DNA of 64,000 bases from Naegleria gruberi (lineage: Eukaryota). The stretch lies in assembly GCA_000004985.1 (NCBI GenBank), contig GG738851.1. One strand, written 5' to 3'. The position numbers and the translations under genes were made by a program. Below, piece after piece: positions 13,109 through 22,774 of this stretch; position 1 is the stretch's first letter; each line of letters opens with the position of its first letter. The notes beneath the pieces are model-generated. The model had not been told where the DNA came from. It made no database searches and saw nothing but the letters and a program-made list of their open reading frames with translations.

Positions 13109-13423
13109 ATAAACAATGCAATCATTCTCATGAATAAGGTGGAATTGTTCTTTTAATAATCAACCGTTCCTTTTTATTCCCCAATTGATTGAATGCTTTT
13201 TGCTTGTAGTCTTGTTGCCATAAAGGTAGAATTACAAAGAATGAACAAGTTCAAACAATTTGCGGCAAGAAACAAAGTAGGAACAACACATCAAAAAAGT
13301 TCCTGTTGAACTATTTTCTAAAAATACTTGAATTGTTATTTTACAGTTAAATAGTTGAAGATTGAAAAATCTTTTTTCAATGGAAATTCAAACAAAACAA
13401 CAAGAAAAAACAACTTAACAATC

Positions 13424-13885
13424 ATGCAATTATTCGTCAAGACACTCACTGGTAAAACCATCACATTGGAAGTTGAATCTAATGATTCAATTGAAAATGT
13501 TAAAAGAAAGGTTCAAGATAAGGAAGGAATTCCACCAGAACAACAAAGACTCATCTATGCCGGTAAACAATTGGAAGATGGCAGAACTATTAATGATTAT
13601 AACATTCAAAAAGACTCCACACTTCATTTGGTATTGAGATTGCGAGGAGGAATGCAACTTTTTGTAAAAACATTGACAGGAAACACAATTACTATTGAAA
13701 TGGAATCAAATGATACTGTTGAGAATATGAAACAAAAGATATTTGATAAGGAAGGTATCCCTTCAGATCAACAACGATTGATTTATGCAGGAAAACAATT
13801 GGAAGATGGAAGAACTATTAGTGATTACAATCTTCAAAAGGATTCAACTGTGCATTTAGTATTGAGATTAAGAGGAGGTTGTTAA
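13424..13885 (+). CDS. tandem di-ubiquitin-like protein (two 76-aa UBL repeats, C-terminus RGG-C)
   Basis: [28 protein letters not shown] occurs twice, ~75% identical to canonical ubiquitin. A near-identical paralog is at 50810..51271. Confidence 0.8.
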   Translation: MQLFVKTLTGKTITLEVESNDSIENVKRKVQDKEGIPPEQQRLIYAGKQLEDGRTINDYNIQKDSTLHLVLRLRGGMQLFVKTLTGNTITIEMESNDTVENMKQKIFDKEGIPSDQQRLIYAGKQLEDGRTISDYNLQKDSTVHLVLRLRGGC

Positions 13886-14045
13886 ATAATAAGAATGCAA
13901 AATCGAAACGATGTAATAATATTGTAAATAAAACCAGAATCAATTTCGATTTGACATAAAATATCAAACCAAAATTTGATGTACATTTTAGTATTATTTC
14001 AATAAACATATTTCTAACTCCAATGTTTGACTTATTTTTCTTCAA

Positions 14046-16274
14046 TTATCTTTTCTTTACAGGGGGAAAATTTGGAGGAAGAGGATATTCAATTACAGAG
14101 CCAATATTTACAAACTTGAATGGCGTTCCTAGAACTGCCTGGTTACTTGTTGTTTTCTTTGGTTGAACAGTTGCAGTAGTAGTAGTGGTACTATTGGTTG
14201 GATTCTCACTTATTGCACAACATTTTCCATTAACATGATGATACTCGCTCGTTTTGTAAAATCTTCCTCTACAAAAGGAAAAGTAAATGTCCTTTGTAAA
14301 TTTTTCATTTCCAAGAATTTGATAGAGTTGGAGATTATCCAATTCATCGTCTGAATAACCTCTATCTCTTAAATCAATACCAGTTTGATTGGCTGCTTCT
14401 CTCATAGATGTAGTGAGTAATTTTTCCCACAAGAGTTGACTAAAATTCTCTTGCAAATGACTGAAAATACATTCCCCTAATACTTTTCTATCTGCAGAAA
14501 GTTTGTAATTATTTAACATTTTCATTGCCGTTGAATTATTTGGTGATGAGGAGGTTGAATTTTCAACAACTGGACTTGAGATTACAACAACTGGTTCAGT
14601 TTCCAAGTCAATGCTCTTCATTCCTTCATGATAGAGTTTACGCAAGGTACCTGTGGTGTCGCTTTGAATGAGAATTGATGCAATTCTCTTCATTTCTCTT
14701 TCACTGCCACAAATGAAATGTCTAGTGCTGATAGATGCTGCACAATTTTCTGTAAAATCGTTTCGTTTCTTTGTATTCATATCTTTAATGTATCCATCTT
14801 TAACTTTTCTAGAGTAGAATGTTGGTGCCTGGTTCACTTGAAGAACAAGCAAACAGAGCTCTTCATTGAATACTCTTTGATCTACTGAACATTTTTGTAA
14901 ATGTATTCCTGTAATTGAAGAATAATCAATTTCCATACTGAGTATTGTACTATTTTTCAATCTTTCAATCTCATTCTCTAAATATTGAGAACATGAATTG
15001 GTAGAAGCAATTGCTTTGGTAAGAATGGAAAGGTATTTGTCTCTCTCCTCCTCATCATGGAAATTATTGTGATAAGAAGGTAAGAAGGTAAAGAATCTAT
15101 AGTAAATCTTTCTGAAAAGTGGTGAAATTTTGATTCTAAATTGACCATCATAACAAGGACAAGGAGACCATGAACCAATGAGTAATCTTCTAATAGTAGC
15201 TCCTTCTGTCTTGTATTCTCTATACTTCTCCCTATCGTGACCATTGGAAAAATTGATATTATTTTCTGGATCGTTTGAGTCAAAGTCATAATCCTCTGAA
15301 TCCAAATTATTGGTATCAAAACTTTCACAAAATGGAATGTCAGATTCCTCTTCAAAATCTTTCTTTCTCCTCTTTTTTGAATTTATCACAAACTTGGCAC
15401 ATCTAACAAGTTCTTTATCCTCAAGAATATCTTCCTTAACATCTTGTTTCTCCTTTGGAATAAATCTCATTGTAATTATTTTCTTTAAATATTCAACACT
15501 TGGACAAATTTTGAAATCTGACTCACCATAGAATGAATAAGTTTCTGGTCTAATGTTGGATCTCGGATTATCACCCTGTCTTCTTAACCTTTGAAGAACG
15601 AGTAATCTTCTGGTATCTTGTCCAAGTGGATTTAAAACATTAATCATTAAGGAATAGTAAATGGTACTCTCTTCACAAACAGAGTCATAGGCCAATAATC
15701 TAATCTTTGATTGTAAAATACTCATAAATGTATTATTGTCAATGAGATTGTCGTAATATCCAGTTGGAAAATCACTTTTGAAAAACTTGTTCCAATCCAT
15801 AGGTTCTCCAATTGGATATTCTCCACTATCATCACGTTTCTTCTTTTCAACAAGTCCTTTTTCTTCCCGTTCTTGAAATTCTACCAGACCATGCACCATC
15901 TTATCATAAACAGGATCTAAATCATCATCATCATCCTTTACTTTCTTATTCCTTTTCAAACCTTCATTACTTGATTCTCCTTTTTCTTCCGAATAGACTT
16001 TCATCATGGTTACCAACATTTGTTGTAAATATTCGGGTGGCATTTCACTGAGTGTACTTGAAAGCCATTCAGTTTGTTGTTGAGTGGGTCCACCCTCTTG
16101 AAAATCATACATATAGGAAGGAATTGATTCATCCTTTATTTCTTGTTGTGAATCATATGATGATGATGATTGTTGTTGTTGTGTGGAGGAAGAGGCAGAT
16201 GTTTTTTTTTGTTTTTGCTGCTGTTTCTTGTTTTTGCCCATTTTTTTTAAATTTATTTTGTATAACGATAACAT
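14046..16274 (-). CDS. hypothetical 742-aa protein (poly-Q/S N-terminus, acidic patches), no domain recognised
   Basis: Long ATG-initiated ORF. The true start may be the MGKNKK ATG near 16243. Confidence 0.5.
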   Translation of the reverse strand: MLSLYKINLKKMGKNKKQQQKQKKTSASSSTQQQQSSSSYDSQQEIKDESIPSYMYDFQEGGPTQQQTEWLSSTLSEMPPEYLQQMLVTMMKVYSEEKGESSNEGLKRNKKVKDDDDDLDPVYDKMVHGLVEFQEREEKGLVEKKKRDDSGEYPIGEPMDWNKFFKSDFPTGYYDNLIDNNTFMSILQSKIRLLAYDSVCEESTIYYSLMINVLNPLGQDTRRLLVLQRLRRQGDNPRSNIRPETYSFYGESDFKICPSVEYLKKIITMRFIPKEKQDVKEDILEDKELVRCAKFVINSKKRRKKDFEEESDIPFCESFDTNNLDSEDYDFDSNDPENNINFSNGHDREKYREYKTEGATIRRLLIGSWSPCPCYDGQFRIKISPLFRKIYYRFFTFLPSYHNNFHDEEERDKYLSILTKAIASTNSCSQYLENEIERLKNSTILSMEIDYSSITGIHLQKCSVDQRVFNEELCLLVLQVNQAPTFYSRKVKDGYIKDMNTKKRNDFTENCAASISTRHFICGSEREMKRIASILIQSDTTGTLRKLYHEGMKSIDLETEPVVVISSPVVENSTSSSPNNSTAMKMLNNYKLSADRKVLGECIFSHLQENFSQLLWEKLLTTSMREAANQTGIDLRDRGYSDDELDNLQLYQILGNEKFTKDIYFSFCRGRFYKTSEYHHVNGKCCAISENPTNSTTTTTATVQPKKTTSNQAVLGTPFKFVNIGSVIEYPLPPNFPPVKKR

Positions 16275-16360
16275 TGGATATTTAATGTTAAATATTGATT
16301 TAAATATTTAATTTTAAATAGTATTACAATAAAATTTAAATATATTTAAAAAAAAATAGA

Positions 16361-16819
16361 ATGGTCAGAATTACAGATGCAACCACAAAGGAGATTATGA
16401 GGGATACTAGACTGGAGAGCCTAATTAAAAAATTAGTACAGGAAGTATTCAGATTTGGTTTTTCATTTGCCACTGGAGCCTTTGGTTGTTTTCTCATACA
16501 ATTCGGAGTAAGAAGGCTTGTTATGATGAATAATACAACAATAACAACAATTGAAAATATGGAACAATATGAAGAATTATCATCACCATCAAATAATACA
16601 AATAATAGTAATAATAGTAATCATAATAATATAAATAATAATAATACTACTAGATGTAAAATTATGAAATGGTTGATGAAATTATTATACAATAATATTA
16701 AAATTATTTCAAAATTAATGAATGGAGGAATTATTGGAGTGGGGTTGTGGATTGTTTGTCAACCTTTGATTGTGGAAATGAGAAATTTAAATCAAAATGT
16801 TATTTATTATGTTAATTAA
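16361..16819 (+). CDS. small hypothetical membrane protein
   Basis: ATG ORF with two hydrophobic segments and an N-rich linker. Confidence 0.3.
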   Translation: MVRITDATTKEIMRDTRLESLIKKLVQEVFRFGFSFATGAFGCFLIQFGVRRLVMMNNTTITTIENMEQYEELSSPSNNTNNSNNSNHNNINNNNTTRCKIMKWLMKLLYNNIKIISKLMNGGIIGVGLWIVCQPLIVEMRNLNQNVIYYVN

Positions 16820-16939
16820 TAAGCTTCTATCAAATACTAACCAAAAAGTGAATAATTATCATTTTGTGGAGATTTAAATCAAGAATTTCTAATCTCTGCA
16901 AACTCTAATTGACAAAACCAATTACTTTAATGAAAAAAA

Positions 16940-17752
16940 ATGCAAATTGATGAAAATAACCTCCATCTCAAAGATGCACTCGTGATATACTCTGAAAAAG
17001 GTGGAATTAATAGAATTATGGAAAAGCTAAACCGATTCTTCAATAATTATGATCAGAGTAGATCATTATTTCGGAAATTGGACACCGTTCAAGAGCAGGT
17101 ATTGAATGAGAAGAATCTTATGGATTATTTAAACAATTATCAAATTATTTTCATCAGTTTATTTGCAGGATATAACAATTCTATATGGAAAAGAGAAATG
17201 CTGATTAATTTATGGTATTTGGTAAAGAGAGGGAAATTAATGGTTGTCTTCTTGAGATCAAGTTTATCAAAAGTAGCCATAGAATTGGAAGTGTCGAGGG
17301 ATAATCTAAAGAATATTGTTTGGAAATTATTTGATTTTATGGAAGGAGAGAAGATTATGTTACAACGTGAAAATATTATAAAGCTTAAAAGTAGCAGTTT
17401 GGATACGTTTCTAGAATCCTTTGAAAACAAAGAGGATGATAATCTAAACATTGTTTCACTTTCAGATCCTTATGTATGTGGAATTGATAAATCACATTTG
17501 GTCAACCCAAATGATTGGATTTTTTTAGGAAAACAAATTGAAGGAGAGAAAGTTTGTTGGATGATTCACAAGTCAAAAAAGATCATGTTCATTCCATTTT
17601 ATGGATGTTCTAATGGAAATGAAAATCAAACCAATTTAATATTTAGTGCTTTGAAATATCTAATGTTTGAACATTTGGAAATTTCACTTTTGCAAAGAAA
17701 TTTAAATGCCAATCGGAAAATATTATCAGATATACTCATTAATTTGCACTAA
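16940..17752 (+). CDS. hypothetical 270-aa protein
   Basis: ATG ORF, no recognisable motifs. Confidence 0.4.
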   Translation: MQIDENNLHLKDALVIYSEKGGINRIMEKLNRFFNNYDQSRSLFRKLDTVQEQVLNEKNLMDYLNNYQIIFISLFAGYNNSIWKREMLINLWYLVKRGKLMVVFLRSSLSKVAIELEVSRDNLKNIVWKLFDFMEGEKIMLQRENIIKLKSSSLDTFLESFENKEDDNLNIVSLSDPYVCGIDKSHLVNPNDWIFLGKQIEGEKVCWMIHKSKKIMFIPFYGCSNGNENQTNLIFSALKYLMFEHLEISLLQRNLNANRKILSDILINLH

Positions 17753-18120
17753 AGTTGTAAGATTTGATAGTGTTAAATCACTTCGAATATTTGTAATACA
17801 AGAAATATTTAAATCTACCCAAACTCTCTTTTTCACTCAGTCAAATATCATTAACGGTCCAATTTACCTCTATCACCTAAATAATGAACAGGTCAATTTC
17901 ATATTAACTTGTTTGCAACCTGGAGCATCAACTCAATTATATTTGGATTTGCAAAGTTCCAAGATTATTTTTTTGTAAAGAGTTCATTTAACGTTGTTGG
18001 GAGTGAACAATCAGAACTACATTATTAAAATATTAATCTACATGAGAAACACAAACTAATGAATAAAAGGTTTAGCATTGCGATGAGAAAATTAAACAAT
18101 AACAAGAATAAAAAAAGAAT

Positions 18121-18355
18121 GCAAATACAAGTGAGAACTCTCTCAGGTGGTGCTACCAAGTTTGATGTAGAAGTTTCCGATAAGCTCATCTATTTGAAGA
18201 AGCTTATTCAGGAAAAGATTGGAGTTACCATTCCACAACAAAGATTAGTTATGAATGGAAAAATTCTTCCTGATGATTCATCTGTGAATGATGTAGGATT
18301 GAAGAGTGGTGATATAATTCAACTCATTCTCCAATTGAAAGGAGGTTCTTTGTAA
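18121..18355 (+). CDS. small ubiquitin-like protein (single UBL ending ..LKGG-SL)
   Basis: MQIQVRTLSGG..QQRLVMNGKIL..IIQLILQLKGGSL has a ubiquitin/NEDD8-like fold signature with di-Gly plus a 2-residue tail. The ORF track starts earlier (18059) on the same frame. Confidence 0.55.
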
Positions 18356-18913
18356 ACAAATGAAACAAAATGAAATATTGGAATACTAGGTTATCTTTAT
18401 CTCAGATTTTGTCAAAACAAAAGCTTCAATAAATAACAAGTTATCTTCAATTTAGTTTTGGCTTTTAAAAACGCAAAATTATATAACCTCTATCAACCAG
18501 GGCTCCATCCATTTTTTCAAATATTGGAAACCAATCAATACAGAAAGTCCAATATTTTCTATAAAGATTCTCCCAAGTATCCCAGTGGAAATGCCAATTG
18601 AAAAGGAAGTTTTAAGTGAACTACCTAATGTTGGTAAAACACTCTTTATGCTTAGAGTGTATGGACATTCTCTGATTTGAATAGACAACTCTATCTGTCC
18701 CATTTCAGAATCAGTTACTGAAGTTTTGATGATCAAATTGTGGTCAAAACGAACACTTGGTACCCATCAGAAGAAGAAATACCAAATAGCCACTATTTTC
18801 ACTTTATCTTGTTCATCATTGTGTTTTGTCATCATGTAAAATTACTTGATTCAAAAAACAATAATGTGTTGGATTTCGAAATCAATTCCCTATCCAAGCA
18901 AGTGAGGATAAAA

Positions 18914-20157
18914 TTAATTTATGAAAGAGATATCTGAAAAGTTTTGGATTCTTTCTTTCAAATTATTGATGAAATAGTCGAGGCCTTTGGTGGATTTTAG
19001 CTTTCTAATTTCAATGAGGTATAGTTCAGTATTTTCAAGAATTAAGAGGGTGTCCTCATTGATTTCACAAATGAACTTGGCATCCAATTTTTCAAATGTT
19101 GATTCTAGTTTTTTCGGTACCTTATATTTGATGCGTTCTCCTTCTTCTTCGTCGTATTCATAAATAGTTGTTCCCCCATTGTAATACAGTATGAGGAAAT
19201 TATTATAGTTTGGAATACCTCTGTATTTACCTCTCAAAGTAATGCACCTTGAATGGAAAGTATGTCCATCTGAGTGAATCAAATTTCTAACTGAATTTTC
19301 CCACTTGTTTCTATTAAAATCAAAGTGATACATATCAGTAACGTATTTGGACATAGTATAACCACCAAATATTGTCAAATAATCCTTAGAAGCGTCAGTA
19401 TTCAGAGAAAGAACTGTCAAGGATGGAATATCATGTGAATAGTTCAAAAGTTGCCATTCATTAGTTTCCAAATCCAACTCATAAAAATCCTTCAAATAAT
19501 CTCCATGATATCCTCCAAAAACATAGAACTTTCCTCTAGAAGGAGCATAACAACCAGAACATCCACACCTAGGTGTAGGAGCAGTTCCTGTTGTTTCAAT
19601 TTCAGTCCATTCCCTAGAAGCCAAATCAAATTTCCAAAAATCATTCAAATATGTATTTCCAAATCCTCCAAACAAGTAGACACATTGATTTTGTTTATCA
19701 TAGGACAAACAAGGAAATTCTCTTGCTGGTGGCCTTTCATCAACTCTTATTTCCTCCCATTTCAGTTGTAATGTATTTTCAGTGTCCAAGTCATTTGTTG
19801 ACAAGTCACGTAGTTGTCTATCAGTAAATGATGAAATAATATTAGAAAGTTTCAAAAATTGAACATGCTCTAAAAAATCACCACCTCCCGAAATTGATCC
19901 TGAATATATATAATCATTATAGAAATAATATTAATCAATTTAAATTCATGTGATTATTATTTAAACAAACCTCCGAAAACAAACAATGTTGGACAATGTG
20001 TTAATACATTTTCAGATCCAAGAAAAACAGGATGATAATTATCTTGTACTATTAAATTGTGTTGAAAGGAGGAATACCATGTTGTTTCAAACAATTTTTC
20101 TTTTGGGGATGGTTTAGTAATGCTGGTAGCAATTTTCTTGTTCTTTTTCCTTCCCAT
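18914..20157 (-). CDS. Kelch-repeat protein; exons ~19970..20157 and 18914..~19898, intron ~19899..19969 (GTTTGT..TTCAG, ~71 nt)
   Basis: Repeated ..FGG..Y..D....D....W motifs (VYLFGGFGNTYLNDFWKFD, FYVFGGYHGDYLKDFYELD, IFGGYTMSKYVTDMYHFD). Splicing joins ..LFVFGG to SISGGGDFLEH. Confidence 0.75.
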
Positions 20158-20518
20158 TTTTTTTTGTAAATTCGATGAAATTTACAACCCATGAACTTGG
20201 GTGATTTTCAGAATAGTTTCACAGTTCTATAACATTAGAAACACTTGGATATGCTAATATTTATGATAGAGTTTATCAAAAAGTGGATATTATATTACCA
20301 TTGATAATGGATTAGCTTTCAAAATTGGAGAATCTTATAGAATAAGGCAAATTATTGGTAGCTCATCAAGACAAAGAGATGGTTAGATTGGCAATTATCA
20401 ATTTAAATAAATTGACAGAATTTGATTTTTGGAAGATTGTAATGGCAACTTCTTGAATCATTAAACTAAGCTAAAATATAATCCCTATCCTTCAAAGCTC
20501 AATTTTAAAAATCTCATC

Positions 20519-22047
20519 TTAAAAGTATTGATCTTCCCACAATTTAATTGTAGAAATTTCCTCATAATAATCATAAAATTCTGAAAACCTTGATAAATGT
20601 CTTTCCCAATGTCTCTCATAGAACGTTTCGTGGTTTGCTATTTTGTGTCCCTCTGCATTCACTTCATAATATGAAGTTTCAACCTTTGCCTCCTTTCCTT
20701 GATTACTGATATTGAGAATTCTCTCAGTGTAATCTCTTATATCCAACATTGAATAAATTGAAGGACCTCTCTTAATGGACTTGCTTACATTTTGACTAAC
20801 ATTTACAAATACTGAATATTCATTATTGAGTGGTTCTTTTTTCTGAGCTATTACCAAATAAATGTAAATAAAATCAAGATACTCATTAGTGTTTCCTCCA
20901 AATTGAAGAGAAAAAACAGAATAGTTTGAATATGTGTTTGTGTCCTCTAATGAAAACCCTCTAGTATTGAGGGCTTTTGTAAAATTAATGAGATAACTTG
21001 CATGAAAACTATTTCCTGAATAAGGTGTGATTGATGGACTTGTTGCAACATGACCTGTTCGTACATAATGAATGATTCCATGATTAGAGACTAAATATAA
21101 ACAATCTGGAGTTGTTATGACAACTAGATCCATACCAACATGTTCCCATCCAGGAACAGAAAGAGAGCCTTCACAGTTATGAGTCGTATTAGTCATCATT
21201 AGACACTGTTCTTTGACAAGAATTCTCCTTTAAGATTATCACATACAAGGTATTTCTTCAAGTTGAAACCACCTGTAGTATACGCACAAAGAACATATAG
21301 ACAATAAATGTTAACATCTGGTTGTTTTGGATCAATATTCAACATTTTTCTATGTTCTGAACTCATTAATGGATGAAATGTGAGAGCCATGCTTGAAATT
21401 CTCACATTCTCTCCAATCCTGAACTCTTTCAATAAACACTCATTGTCAACTGAGGAATAGAAAGATATTGAGGAATTTTTTGTATCAGAAACTGCAACCA
21501 AAAATTGGCAACATGAAGCAATGGAACCTTGAAACATTTTTGGAATTGAATTGGCTTGAGATAACTTTCTAATTGCCATATGAGGATTTCGATTAGAAGC
21601 CACCAATGGACAATAACAACCCAATGTCATGTATCTCTTCTTGAATAATTTAGTACTAACAACCTTCTTTTTATGTTTCAATACTTTTCCAATAATTTCT
21701 CCACTCGAAAACAATTCACATTCAAATTGATTGTAAAGATTATAATAAGGAGCAGTTCCCATCCATTCAGAATATTGACCTGACAAATCCAAAACTTCTG
21801 CCATCCTATTCATATAAACAATCTTATCAACTATTTTGCAAAATGATGAATTATGAAGAGGTTGCAAATTCCTATTCCACTTTTTATCGGAGCTTTCTGC
21901 AAAGAATGTTCGATACCAATCTCTGCAGACGCGAGAACAAGATCCGTACAGTGTTTTTAGATCATCAATGTGATAGAAAATTATGAGAAGAGCGTATGGG
22001 TCAAGTTGAAGTGTTGTTGACATTTTTTTAAAGTTATTAAAGTTCAT
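20519..22047 (-). CDS. F-box-like protein; reading frame switches at ~21199 (frameshift or 38-nt mini-intron)
   Basis: N-terminal LLIIFYHIDDLKTLYGSCSRVCRDWY is F-box-like. The two ORFs (21199..22047 and 20519..21199) abut in different frames. Removing GTGTCT..GTGAAG (38 nt) joins ..FLSKN to SSLSVPGWEHVG in frame. Confidence 0.5.
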
Positions 22048-22774
22048 GGAAGTGTTGTTGTGGATTTCTCTTGGGTTGATTGATTTATTTACCCGCCATT
22101 GTTATTAAGGGAAAATTCTTTAAGACAGGAATCAGTAACTTTAACAACAGAACCAACAATAGCAATAATCAGCAGTTACAAATACTGATTTGACAGAAAC
22201 GGTAACTTGAAAGCGACAAGTGGATTACATTATCTGAAACATTATCTGAAAGAAATGACTCTGTTAAAGTATTGGAAATGGCAATTCATTATCATTACAA
22301 ATTAAATCACTATTCTGAATCATCATTTCTTCAGATTGATCTTTAATTACAAACAACAGTATTTTTCATGAACACTTCTTTGTAAATTAACAAATCAAAG
22401 AATCCTATCAAAAACGATACCCTATGCCACTGTTTTTGATAGAATAAAAAAATCCCTAAAATTTCGCGATTTTCCATATTAAATTGAGCGAATGCGTTCC
22501 AACAAAGAGGGACCAAAGCTTCAATCATTTTGCCCGGTGCTGATTTTTTATTGCACCTCATGGTTTCTTCTTTCATTAAACATTAAATAGTAAAAGAGAA
22601 TCGTTTATAAATAATAGTTGTAAAGTGTTGAAGCTGCAGTGTTTGGTATACAATATATAGTGGTGTGCTATTATATTGAGCGGTGCTGAATTGATTTTTC
22701 AAGCATAATAATTTGTCGCTTTGAAAAGGATTAATAAAGCTAATAAATCGCGAATAACAAATACACAAAAAAAA

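Noticed and set aside
13424-13885. Calling the di-UBL genes canonical polyubiquitin
   Set aside because: Each repeat differs from the universally conserved ubiquitin at ~18 of 76 positions, so they are ubiquitin-like paralogs. A true ubiquitin gene is not in this window.
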